Assembly: GCA_964579765.1 (NCBI GenBank)
Contig: CAZOIK010000267.1
Location: 1 to 61,958 of the forward strand
Source of the DNA: an uncultured Bifidobacteriaceae bacterium
GTDB taxonomy: Bacteria > Acidobacteriota > Vicinamibacteria > Vicinamibacterales > CAVVIG01
Direction of reading: 5' to 3'
DNA: 61,958 nucleotides
Positions 1-8,470 of this stretch are shown here, piece by piece. How positions within the stretch are numbered: position 1 is the stretch's first letter; the number at the start of each line of letters is the position of its first letter. The notes beneath the pieces are model-generated. The model ran no database searches. It had not been told where the DNA came from and saw nothing but the letters and a program-made list of their open reading frames with translations. The translations under genes were made by a program, and so were the position numbers.

Positions 1-453
1 CGCGATCAGGAAGTCGAGCGTCCCAGACTCCAGATCGTCGCTGGCGCGCTTGCCGACGCGCCGGAGCTCGAACGTGAGGGCCGGCGCCTTGCCGCGGACG
101 TCACGCAGGAAGTCCACCATGAGCACGTTCGTGACGTAGTCGGACACCGCGATGGTGAAATGGCGGGGCGAGACCGCAGGATCGAAGCGCGGCTTGGTCG
201 CGATCGTCGCCTGCACCTGCAGCAGCACGTCTCGCACGGGCTGCGCCAGATCCTCGGCCAGCGGCGTCAACACCATCGTCCGGCCCACCAGCACGAGCAG
301 CTCGTCCTGAAAGAAGTCGCGGAGGCGCGCGAGCGCGGCGCTCGTCGCGGACTGGCTGAGGTTGAGGCGCGCACCGGCTCGCGTGACGTTCTTCTCGGTC
401 AGCAGCGCGTCAAGAGCGACGAGCAGGTTCAGGTCGAAGCGTTGCAGGTCCAT
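1..453 (-). CDS. LysR-family transcriptional regulator (N-terminal part only; C-terminus lies beyond the left edge)
   Basis: Not in the ORF track because it runs off the window. Reverse translation from ATG (cat at 451-453) gives MDLQRFDLNLLVALDALLTEKNVTRAGARLNLSQSATSAALARLRDFFQDELLV..., a canonical LysR/NodD-type N-terminal HTH. Confidence 0.85.
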   Translation of the reverse strand, partial: MDLQRFDLNLLVALDALLTEKNVTRAGARLNLSQSATSAALARLRDFFQDELLVLVGRTMVLTPLAEDLAQPVRDVLLQVQATIATKPRFDPAVSPRHFTIAVSDYVTNVLMVDFLRDVRGKAPALTFELRRVGKRASDDLESGTLDFLIA

Positions 454-538
454 CGGCCGGCGTCCTCCGGCCGTCAATACTAACGATAGGTTTCCACTCT
501 GCGACGGGCTTTTGTGATGCCACATGGGCCTGGCCCGG

Positions 539-2143
539 CTACCGGCCCGTCCCTTCGACGACCGAGGACGGCGCCTTCACGGGACAGCCAGGACCGAACA
601 CGCCGGCCGACTGCATGCGCGCGCACAACTCCTCGGCGGCCTTCGTCTGGCGCGCGATGTCCTGCATGACCTCCGCGATCGGCAGGACACGCCCGTGCAC
701 CGGCACGTCCGTGTCCACCTGGAGATGGCGGTACGCGATGTTGTCCGCGTACGTCTTCTGCCACCAGTAGAGCTCCCAGCCCACGTCGAAGAAATCGCCT
801 TCGACGAGCAGCCGGGCCGCCGGCACGTACGCGAACAGGCCCTCCGCCATGTGGCTGTTCGACACCACGTGATACAGATCGACCTCCATCGCCGCGTCTT
901 TCAGCTGCAGATGGTCGTCCACCGCTCTGAACTTCAACGGCTTCGGGTTCGCGCCGATGGCATCGGGAGCGATGGTCCCCCTGCGCGCCGCGATTTCGCG
1001 GAACAAGCCCTCGGTGCCCTTGTGCGCGATGATCGTCAGCCCCTGGGCCATCGCCTCGCGGATGCCGCCCGTGTGGTCGAAATGGTGGTGCGACACGACG
1101 ACCTCGGTGACCGGCTTGCCGGGGACGGTGGCGCGCGCGCGATCGAGCACGGCTTTCGTCCACGCCTGATTCGACGGCGCCTCGAAGAGCGTGAGGTGAT
1201 CGGCGAACTCGAACAAGATGGAGTTGGCGCCGCCCTGGCCGTGGATCAGCCAGACGCCGCGGCTGACTGGCGTCGCGTCGGCGCCAAGCGTCCGCGGCGG
1301 CGGAGGCGGCGACGACCTGACGCCGGCGGGCGCCGACAGATCGTCGATGGACTCATCGACGGCGTTCCTGTCCACATACAGCTTGTTCTGCACCACGCCG
1401 CGGAAGTCGATGACCGTGGCGTAACCCATCGGCAGCAGGACGCCCTTCACCGGCAGATAGCCGGTGAATGCCGTCTGGAACGTGACATCGCCGAGATTCT
1501 CGTCGTGCGCCATCCAGCGCACCCACGCGGGCAGGCCCGAGGCCGCATCGACCGCCAGCGTCATCCTCTCGCCGGTCGCAAACCTGAGATCGGCCGCCTG
1601 CCGCGCGCCGTCGCGACGAACGTTGCTGACCGCCGGCGACGTGTCGAGCGCCGCGCGCACGAGCGCGACCGGGTTGTTGAACATGTCGATGCGGCGCGCG
1701 CGCCTCGTCTGATCGTTCGCGCGAACGAGCCGGTGGTTCTGTCCCGCGGTCCAGGCGACGTCGCCGTCCAGGTAGGTCACCGCAGCGTTGGGCGCGCCGA
1801 GATAGCCGCCGATGCCCGCGAAGACGAAGTTCTGATGGTTGCGCTGCCGGACGCGCATGCGCCCGTGCTCGAGATCGATCGTCTTCTCGTACTCCGGAAC
1901 GCTGATCCATTTCTGCGGCGCGTCCGGCGACGCCGAGATGTTCCCGCCGCCGTTCATGTAGGCGGTCTCTCCGTAGCCGGCGACCGTGATGTTCTTGACG
2001 GCCCGAATGCGAGCGACGCCTCCGAGCGCTTCGGCGGCGCGCATGAGGAACGCGTCGGGCGACTGCCCAGCCGCGTGCAGGTGCAGCACGGCAACGGCGA
2101 CAAGACTGGCCGCGGCCGCGGCGGGAATCCTTCTCACATGCAT
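539..2143 (-). CDS. exported metallo-beta-lactamase-fold hydrolase
   Basis: ORF 539..2179. The likely start is the internal Met (MHVRRIPAAAAASLVAVAVL, signal-like). It carries the HxHxDH zinc motif SHHHFDHTGG. Confidence 0.8.
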   Translation of the reverse strand: MHVRRIPAAAAASLVAVAVLHLHAAGQSPDAFLMRAAEALGGVARIRAVKNITVAGYGETAYMNGGGNISASPDAPQKWISVPEYEKTIDLEHGRMRVRQRNHQNFVFAGIGGYLGAPNAAVTYLDGDVAWTAGQNHRLVRANDQTRRARRIDMFNNPVALVRAALDTSPAVSNVRRDGARQAADLRFATGERMTLAVDAASGLPAWVRWMAHDENLGDVTFQTAFTGYLPVKGVLLPMGYATVIDFRGVVQNKLYVDRNAVDESIDDLSAPAGVRSSPPPPPRTLGADATPVSRGVWLIHGQGGANSILFEFADHLTLFEAPSNQAWTKAVLDRARATVPGKPVTEVVVSHHHFDHTGGIREAMAQGLTIIAHKGTEGLFREIAARRGTIAPDAIGANPKPLKFRAVDDHLQLKDAAMEVDLYHVVSNSHMAEGLFAYVPAARLLVEGDFFDVGWELYWWQKTYADNIAYRHLQVDTDVPVHGRVLPIAEVMQDIARQTKAAEELCARMQSAGVFGPGCPVKAPSSVVEGTGR

Positions 2144-2175
2144 GGTGGCTCCTGCCTCCGTCGTCCGAGCGCGCC

Positions 2176-2580
2176 TCATCGCGCGGGCACGGGAGCGCCG
2201 AGAAGCTCCTCGCCCTTCTCGTTTTCGATCTTAAGCACCAGCGCCACGTCGCCACCCTTGCGCGACGGCACGACGGTGACGACAATCGGCGTCCCGTACC
2301 GCAGCGCCTCGACCGAGCGCTTCTTCGTCCAGCCGTTTCTGATGAGCTGCGCCGGGTTCGGCAGCAGCTCTCCGCTCCAGTGCGTGACCTTGCCGCTGTC
2401 GTCGGTGACGTCGAAGAACAGCTGCGCGTGCGGGTTGACGTACTTGAATTCCCGCACGACGGCCTTCGCGGTCCACTGCTTCGAGCGGTCGTAGTTGATG
2501 AGCGTGCCGTGGTGCGCGGCGATGCCCGCCGTCGCGAGCCACATACCCGCGAAGAGCGCCGCGAGCATCCGCGCGTTCAT
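2176..2580 (-). CDS. small exported protein, DUF6152-like (family name from memory)
   Basis: Only the last 134 aa of track ORF 2176..3546 look protein-like (MNARMLAALFAGMWLATAGIAAHHGTLINYD...). It is a paralog of 3719..4111. Its ATG (cat 2578-2580) overlaps the upstream gene stop by 4 nt. Confidence 0.7.
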   Translation of the reverse strand: MNARMLAALFAGMWLATAGIAAHHGTLINYDRSKQWTAKAVVREFKYVNPHAQLFFDVTDDSGKVTHWSGELLPNPAQLIRNGWTKKRSVEALRYGTPIVVTVVPSRKGGDVALVLKIENEKGEELLGAPVPAR

Positions 2581-3554
2581 CCTTGCCGTCCTCCCCGGCC
2601 CGGCGCCGGCTGCGCCGGTTTGCCCGTGCCGGCGGGATCGCGAATCACGCGGTTGAACTCGTTCTCGTTCGCCGGCGCGCAGAGGTCCTCGAGCAGCGAC
2701 GCCCAGCCGGACGACTTGATGAAGTCTTTCGGCAGCAGGTGCATGCGCTTCGTCTCGCCCACCCACGGCTTCGCGTAGTACTTCGGATCGGTGACGGTCA
2801 TCTTCAGCTCGAGCGTGTCGAAGTTGATCCGCGTGTACTCCTCGTGCAGCACCATCTGATCGCTGTGGGGATAGCCGAAGTAGTCGATCCACGTCCGCTC
2901 GTCGTACCCGGTGGACTCGACCACGAGGGTGTTCCCCTGCCAGCGACCCGTGGCATAGCCCCACCAACGCGCGAGGTCGATGTCGTCCGGCTTCGGAAGC
3001 GGCCGGCCGTCCATCCACACCGTGCGGAGGCCGTAGCCCCACTCGAAGTGCTGATAGATGCGATCGGGAAGGACGATGAACTCGACGGGATCCGGATACA
3101 GAATCGCGCGGGGCATCCCCATCGGATTGCACGTGCCGTACGTGTCGTTGCCGAGTGCGGGCGGCTGCGCCCGGCGGCGCCCGATATGCTCCTCGGGATG
3201 CGCCTTCGCGTCGGCGCTGTCCTTGGCGCGTCCGTACGACGGGATGTTGCGGTCGAACACCGCCTGACCCGCCGGTGTGAACACCGGCCACTCGAAGCTG
3301 TAGCCGCGATCGCCGCAATCGCGGCAGCGGCCGCCCCCGCCGAAGCCGTTGGCGTTGGGCGACCAGATGCCCGCGAGATCGTGCGGATCGAACGGCAGGT
3401 TCGAGTCGAAGAGCTTCAGGTACCCCGGGCCTGAGCCGCGCCCACGTCCCGGCGGCTGCGCCGCCGCGCCTCGTCCGCGCTCCTGAGCGCGCGGCGTTCC
3501 GGCCAGCATTCCGACGGCCGCGAGCACCACCGCCGTCTTCCGGCACATCGTCAT
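2577..3554 (-). CDS. conserved exported protein of unknown function (GRWxGNTLVV family, paralog 1)
   Basis: ORF 2577..3653; likely start MTMCRKTAVVLAAVGMLAG (signal peptide). It shares ...GRWQGNTLVVESTGYDERTWID...TVTDPKYYAKPW with the genes at 4108..4902 and 52489..53478. Confidence 0.7.
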   Translation of the reverse strand: MTMCRKTAVVLAAVGMLAGTPRAQERGRGAAAQPPGRGRGSGPGYLKLFDSNLPFDPHDLAGIWSPNANGFGGGGRCRDCGDRGYSFEWPVFTPAGQAVFDRNIPSYGRAKDSADAKAHPEEHIGRRRAQPPALGNDTYGTCNPMGMPRAILYPDPVEFIVLPDRIYQHFEWGYGLRTVWMDGRPLPKPDDIDLARWWGYATGRWQGNTLVVESTGYDERTWIDYFGYPHSDQMVLHEEYTRINFDTLELKMTVTDPKYYAKPWVGETKRMHLLPKDFIKSSGWASLLEDLCAPANENEFNRVIRDPAGTGKPAQPAPGRGGRQG

Positions 3555-3630
3555 GAATGGATTCCCACCGGCGGCGGCCATTATGCGGGCGGCGATCACG
3601 AAGCGGTCAACGCACTGTTTGGATGCGAGG

Positions 3631-3647
3631 TATCGGCCCCGCCGATA
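3631..3647. promoter_or_regulatory. perfect 7-3-7 palindrome TATCGGC-CCC-GCCGATA, central in a divergent promoter region
   Basis: Read directly. It lies about 77 bp from the ATG at 3554 (-) and about 72 bp from the ATG at 3719 (+). Candidate operator; function unknown. Confidence 0.3.
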
Positions 3648-3718
3648 GGTCACGACCGATCGAGAATCACTCCGTCGTCGTTGACTCGCGCGGGGCGTTC
3701 GGCAACCATTACGACCCC

Positions 3719-4111
3719 ATGTTCATCCTGCTTCTGGTGGCGCTGCTCCATCACTCGTTCGGCGCCGAGTACGACGTCAACAAGCCGATCACGCTGACCG
3801 GCACGGTCACCGCGATCGAGTGGACCAACCCGCACACGCACGTCTACCTCGACGTGAAGGACGCGCACGGCAACGTCGTCAACTGGAAGTTCGAGGGCTA
3901 CAACCCGAGCGTCCTGCAGCGCACCGGCTGGAAGCGCAACGCGACGATGAAGGTGGGCGATGTGATTACGGTCTCCGGCTGGCGCGCGCGCGACGGCGGC
4001 AACTGGGCGCACTCGCGGGCAATCACGCTGGCCAACGGCCGGAAGATGTTCTTCGGTCCGCCCGCCGGCACCGGCGACGGCGGGAGCCAGCCGGCGGTGG
4101 AGATCAAGTGA
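3719..4111 (+). CDS. small exported protein, DUF6152-like
   Basis: Internal Met of ORF 3557..4111: MFILLLVALLHHSFGAEYDVNKPITLTGTVTAIEWTNPHTHVYLDVKD...GWKRNATMKVGDVITVSGW. Paralog of 2176..2580. Confidence 0.7.
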   Translation: MFILLLVALLHHSFGAEYDVNKPITLTGTVTAIEWTNPHTHVYLDVKDAHGNVVNWKFEGYNPSVLQRTGWKRNATMKVGDVITVSGWRARDGGNWAHSRAITLANGRKMFFGPPAGTGDGGSQPAVEIK

Positions 4112-4902
4112 CGCGCGCCTCGCTTGCCGTCGTCTTCGCCATGATCGCGCAGGCCGCCTTCGCGCAGGTGCCGCGGCTGGCCGGCCATCCGGATCTCACC
4201 GGCGTGTGGCAGGGCGGCAGCACGACGCCCGGCCCGTGGGAAGAGGCCAACGGCGGCACGGGCGTCGGCGGCACGGGGAAGAATCCCAATGCGCCCGTGG
4301 TGCTGTCGTCGAACGATCGCCCCGCGGGCCGCGAGGGCGCGCCGTATCAGGACTGGGCGGCAAAGAAGGTGATCGAAGCGTACAACCGCCGCGGCATCGA
4401 CGATCCCACCGCGCAGTGTCTGCCCGCCGGCATTCCGCGGACGGTGACGCTCGGACTGTTTCCGCAGCAGTTCGTCCAGACGCCGACGCAGATCGTGATG
4501 CTGTACGAATACATGAACACGTTCCGCGTGATTCCGTTCACGTCCGCGCATCCCGACGACCTGCTGCCTTCGTATCTGGGGAACGCCATCGGCCGCTGGG
4601 ACGGCAACACGCTCGTCGTGGACAGCGTCGGGTTCAACGACAAGACGTGGCTGGCCGGCACCGGGACGTTTCATTCGGAGGCGCTGCACACCGTGGAGCG
4701 CTTCACGCGCGTCAGCAAGGAGCGGATCGACTATCAGATTGTCATCGAGGACCCGAAGGCCCTGACGAAGCCGTGGACGCTCACCTCGTCGCTCATGCTG
4801 CGCGAGGGCACGCGCCTCGAGGAATACATCTGCGCCGAGAACAACCTCGACCCGGGACGGTACGAGCATCTGCTCAAGGACGGCGTGAAGTTCACGCGGT
4901 AG
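4108..4902 (+). CDS. conserved exported protein (GRWxGNTLVV family, paralog 2)
   Basis: GTG at 4108 overlaps the upstream stop (GTGA). It starts VTRASLAVVFAMIAQAAFAQ (signal) and contains ...GRWDGNTLVVDSVGFNDKTWL...VIEDPKALTKPW. The N-terminal part of track ORF 3820..4902 is a shadow. Confidence 0.7.
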   Translation: MTRASLAVVFAMIAQAAFAQVPRLAGHPDLTGVWQGGSTTPGPWEEANGGTGVGGTGKNPNAPVVLSSNDRPAGREGAPYQDWAAKKVIEAYNRRGIDDPTAQCLPAGIPRTVTLGLFPQQFVQTPTQIVMLYEYMNTFRVIPFTSAHPDDLLPSYLGNAIGRWDGNTLVVDSVGFNDKTWLAGTGTFHSEALHTVERFTRVSKERIDYQIVIEDPKALTKPWTLTSSLMLREGTRLEEYICAENNLDPGRYEHLLKDGVKFTR

Positions 4903-4917
4903 GGAGAAGAACACCCG

Positions 4918-5694
4918 ATGCACAGGCTGGTTCGCACCTTTCTCGCGCTGACGTTCGCGGGCGGCGTCGCAGTATCTGTCGTGGCCCAGCAACCCTCGCC
5001 GCCGCATCCCAGAGGAGTTCCTAAACCACCGGACCCCGGCCCCCTGTTCTTCAGCGAGCACTGGCGGAATCCCAAGACCTACGCAGCCGACGCGCTCCCC
5101 CTGACCAGCGTGACGCAGGACGTCGTGACGAATCCTGATTTGGTGTTGACCGTCTACGATCCGAACGCGAAGTACATCCCCGAATACAGGAAGACGTTGC
5201 GCCCGGGGTCGTGGCCAGAGGACTGGGCCGGTCCGACCTGCCTGCTGATCTACGGCGTCGAGCGGCCCGAGCTCTGGGCCGGCTCGTGCGGCGCCGTCAC
5301 CGTCACGCTGCGTCACAAGACGAACTTCGTCGATCTCTCGAACCGCGGTCGCGTCATCTGGGGGACGTACGTCTCAGGGCTTCACGTCGCCAGACTTGTG
5401 GTGAAGCTGGCGGACGGGACGTTTCTCGTCGGCGATCCCGGGACCGGCGCACCCAACGTCTCTCATGTCGAGAACGAGGTCGTGTTGTCGTCGCTTCGGT
5501 GGCTGAAGCTCGACGTGCCCCAGACGGTCACGCGCGGCACCTGGGTGGAGCATCCGGATCTCTCGAAGGTGGACGAGATTGGCTGGACTCAACTCATGCC
5601 GGGTTCGGGCCACGGCGTCGGCGGCTTCGTCTCCGTCTCCAAGTTCGAGGTCTGGGGCAAGCCCGTTCCGCGAACCGCTGCGTCGGCGCGTTGA
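4918..5694 (+). CDS. hypothetical exported protein
   Basis: ORF with a signal-like N-terminus MHRLVRTFLALTFAGGVAVSVVAQQ and ordinary amino-acid composition. I recognise no family. Confidence 0.6.
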   Translation: MHRLVRTFLALTFAGGVAVSVVAQQPSPPHPRGVPKPPDPGPLFFSEHWRNPKTYAADALPLTSVTQDVVTNPDLVLTVYDPNAKYIPEYRKTLRPGSWPEDWAGPTCLLIYGVERPELWAGSCGAVTVTLRHKTNFVDLSNRGRVIWGTYVSGLHVARLVVKLADGTFLVGDPGTGAPNVSHVENEVVLSSLRWLKLDVPQTVTRGTWVEHPDLSKVDEIGWTQLMPGSGHGVGGFVSVSKFEVWGKPVPRTAASAR

Positions 5695-5697
5695 GTC

Positions 5698-6156
5698 GTG
5701 CCGCCAGCTCTCGAGTTTGAATTCCGCATGCGCGTGCAGATTGGCGCGCCGCTCGACCAGGGCACCTGGGACGGCCAGCACCGGCGCGTCATGCCTATCG
5801 TCGGCGGGGCGTTCGACGGACCACGATTCTCAGGCACCATTCTGCCCGGCGGCGCAGACTGGCAGTCGGTGCGCGTGACCGACGGCGTCGCGCGGATCGA
5901 CGCGCGCTACACGCTGCGGCACGACGACGGCACGCTGGTCACGATGGTGGATCGCGGCGTACGGCGCGGGCCGCTCGAGGTCATGGCGCGGCTCGCGGCC
6001 GGCGAGGTCGTCGAGCCGTCGCAGTACTACTTCCGCACGACACCCCGATTCGAGGTTCAGGACGGCCCGCATCGGTGGCTCGCCGAGCACGTGTTTGTCT
6101 GCCAGGGACAGCGCCGCCCCGATGCGGTCGAACTCGAGATCTTTCGCGTGCGCTGA
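5698..6156 (+). CDS. DUF3237-family protein
   Basis: GTG start. The stretch ...VMPIVGGAFDGPRFSGTILPGGADWQSVRVTDGVARIDARYTLRHDDGTLV... matches my memory of the DUF3237 pattern. Confidence 0.65.
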   Translation: MPPALEFEFRMRVQIGAPLDQGTWDGQHRRVMPIVGGAFDGPRFSGTILPGGADWQSVRVTDGVARIDARYTLRHDDGTLVTMVDRGVRRGPLEVMARLAAGEVVEPSQYYFRTTPRFEVQDGPHRWLAEHVFVCQGQRRPDAVELEIFRVR

Positions 6157-6175
6157 CGGGCTACCCGCAGTCCAC

Positions 6176-7477
6176 TCACACTGTCGCGACGCCGGCGACG
6201 CGTGCGCCGGGCGCGATCGTGGCCGGCGCTCGGTTGAGCGTCTCCATGGCGAATCCTGCGGCGGCCTTGTAATCGGCCATGTACGCCCTGCGCTCCTCGG
6301 GCGGAATCACCTCGTCGATGTCGTCGAATCGGCCGCTGCAGCGCTCGTCCACCAGATTCAGCAGACCGAAGGGCCCAGCGCCGCGGTTGCGCAGGACGAG
6401 CCGGGAGATCGGCCCGCACACGCGCGCGTCGTAGGCCGCAAACGCCGTGGGCGTCGCGCCGTGCTCGCACATCAGCGCACCCAGCACGCGCGCATCGACG
6501 ATGGCCTGGCTGGCGCCGTTCGAACCCGTCGGGTACATGGCGTGCGCCGCGTCGCCGAGCAGCGCCACCGGGCCATCCACCCACGTCGGCACAGGGTCGC
6601 GGTCAATCATCGGGTTCTCGAACGCGAACTCACCGCCGCCGATGAGCGCCGGCACGTCCAGCCAGTCCCAGGTCCAATCCGCGAAGTGGTGCACGAATGT
6701 CTCGATCGGCACCGGGCGGAACCAGCCGCCGAGCTGCGTCTCGTCGGCGTGGTCCCAGGTCACCTCGGCGATCCAGTTGATCAGGGCGAGCCCGGTCTCC
6801 GGACTCGGGTGGGAGATCGGATAGAAGACGATGCGGTGCTTGTGCGTGCCCAGGCCGACGAACGACGCGCCGGTGCGGATCGGTTTCGCCCATGTCACGC
6901 CGCGCCACATGATGCTGCCGCCCCAGTGGATCGGCGGCTGGTCCGGGTGCATCTGCGCACGCACGGCTGAGTGGATGCCATCGGCGCCGACGAGCAGTGC
7001 GGCCGGAAAATCCGCGCGGGCGCCGTCAGCATACGCGACCAGGACGGACACGCCTCCGTCCGGCAGCCGCCGGTACCCCGCGACGCGCGCGCCGAGTCGC
7101 ACGGCATCTGCGCCAATCCGCTCCACGACCTTGCGGTACAGGAGCATCTGCAGCTGGCCGCGGTGTACGGCGTACTGCGGCCAGCGATAGCCGGCGAGCC
7201 GCCCGCGCGTCTCCGAGTAGATGTCGTTGCCGTTCAGGCCCACCAGCGCCCACTCTTTCGCGGGCACGCCGATCTCGTCGAGCTCTGCTTCCGTGATGCC
7301 GAGGTCGTAGAGTTCGCGCACGGCGTTGGGCTGCAGGTTGATGCCGACACCGAGCGGCTTCATCTCGCGCGCGGACTCGAACACCAGGCACGGCACGCCG
7401 ATCTGGTGAAGCGTGAGGGCCGTCGCCAGCCCGCCGATCCCGCCCCCGGCAACGACGACCAGAGGTGGCGCGATCAT
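6176..7477 (-). CDS. FAD-dependent aromatic-ring monooxygenase (salicylate/3-hydroxybenzoate hydroxylase-like)
   Basis: GxGxxG VVVAGGGIGGLATA, GADGIHSAVR, and GDAAHAMYPTGSNGASQAIVDA. These are the classic class A flavoprotein monooxygenase fingerprints. Confidence 0.85.
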   Translation of the reverse strand: MIAPPLVVVAGGGIGGLATALTLHQIGVPCLVFESAREMKPLGVGINLQPNAVRELYDLGITEAELDEIGVPAKEWALVGLNGNDIYSETRGRLAGYRWPQYAVHRGQLQMLLYRKVVERIGADAVRLGARVAGYRRLPDGGVSVLVAYADGARADFPAALLVGADGIHSAVRAQMHPDQPPIHWGGSIMWRGVTWAKPIRTGASFVGLGTHKHRIVFYPISHPSPETGLALINWIAEVTWDHADETQLGGWFRPVPIETFVHHFADWTWDWLDVPALIGGGEFAFENPMIDRDPVPTWVDGPVALLGDAAHAMYPTGSNGASQAIVDARVLGALMCEHGATPTAFAAYDARVCGPISRLVLRNRGAGPFGLLNLVDERCSGRFDDIDEVIPPEERRAYMADYKAAAGFAMETLNRAPATIAPGARVAGVATV

Positions 7478-8439
7478 CGTGCCGCTGCGGGGAACTGCTT
7501 ACGCTGCAGCGCCCACTGTGCGTCGCGGCAGAGCCCGCAGTTCTCACCCACGAACCGTTCGGCGGCCTTCGGATCGCCGCGAAGTTGCCAGTCGAGCCAG
7601 CTCGCGGCCACCGACGCCGCCGCCCCGCCGTTCGGCTCGAAGTACGTGCCGCCGTGGCCGACCGGCAGGTTCGCCACCGCGACCGGCACGTGATTGATCC
7701 GCGCGAAGTCGTCCATGCCGTTCTCATACGCGATGTCTTTCGGCCCGCCGAGGATGTAAAGCGTCGGCGTGTGCAGCGCCGCCAGCACGTCCTTGCGCAC
7801 GTCCATACCGGGAATGGCGCTCCCGCCGGTGTTGAACACCCCGGTGTTCTGCAACACCATCGTCTTCACGCGCGGATCCTTCGCGACCTGCAATGCCTGC
7901 AGGCCGCCGCAGCTCCAACCGGACAGTGCGACCAGCGCGGGATCGATGCGTCCGAAGAACGGGCTGCCGGGTCGGGTGTTCTCGGCGAGCGCCCAGTCGA
8001 TCGCGTCCGTCAGGTCGGACGCCTTCGTGCGCGGCGGCGGGATCTGGACCGGCTGGCCTGGCTGCGCCGCCGGACGCGGCGCTCGCGGCGGGGCGCCCGG
8101 CCCGCTGAGGATGCGGCCGCTCGCGATCACGAGATAGCCGTGCGATGCGATCTCGAGCAGATGCAGCCGCGTGCTCGCGCCGTCGTCGGAACATCCGCCG
8201 TTGCCCCAGGCCACCACGCCCAGTTTCAGGGCGCCGAGGGCGGCGAGATCCCTCGGACGGTAGACCACGTGTGCCGGCAGCGACACGACTTCCTCTTTGA
8301 TCGCGGGGAAACGGCCGGTGCCCGGCGTGTCTGGCCGGCTGTCGGCGTCGGCCGGCTGTTGTGCGGCCGCGACGGAGACGGACACACACGCGGCGAGGAG
8401 CGAATAACATACAGCGCGGCGGATGTCGTGGCTGTTCAT
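7474..8439 (-). CDS. exported alpha/beta hydrolase, cutinase/PETase/dienelactone-hydrolase-like
   Basis: Internal Met of ORF 7474..8631 (MNSHDIRRAVCYSLLAACVSVSVAAAQQ). Nucleophile elbow GWSCGG, then ASHGYLVI, PTLYILGGPKDIAY (Asp) and VGHGG (His). A 4-nt ATGA overlap links it to the monooxygenase gene. Confidence 0.75.
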   Translation of the reverse strand: MNSHDIRRAVCYSLLAACVSVSVAAAQQPADADSRPDTPGTGRFPAIKEEVVSLPAHVVYRPRDLAALGALKLGVVAWGNGGCSDDGASTRLHLLEIASHGYLVIASGRILSGPGAPPRAPRPAAQPGQPVQIPPPRTKASDLTDAIDWALAENTRPGSPFFGRIDPALVALSGWSCGGLQALQVAKDPRVKTMVLQNTGVFNTGGSAIPGMDVRKDVLAALHTPTLYILGGPKDIAYENGMDDFARINHVPVAVANLPVGHGGTYFEPNGGAAASVAASWLDWQLRGDPKAAERFVGENCGLCRDAQWALQRKQFPAAAR

Positions 8440-8470
8440 GCGCGGCAGTATCGCATGTGAGGAACGAGCG

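Noticed and set aside
524-2494. Very long ORFs antisense or out of frame to the genes I call. Examples are 524..2494(+), 11157..13178(+), 13175..14947(+), 40634..42592(-), 42763..44715(+), 45613..48015(-), 47040..48536(+), 49060..51237(+), 55380..56987(+), 58888..61140(+) and 61201..61935(-).
   Set aside because: Their translations are dominated by Arg/Ala/Gly/Pro/His with no recognisable motifs. Each overlaps a gene on another frame or strand that has clear family signatures. These are the typical shadow ORFs of high-GC DNA.
2581-3546. N-terminal 320 aa of track ORF 2176..3546.
   Set aside because: It is Arg/Gly/Pro-rich nonsense overlapping the well-supported gene 2577..3554 in another frame. 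Only the last 134 aa (from MNARML...) look real.
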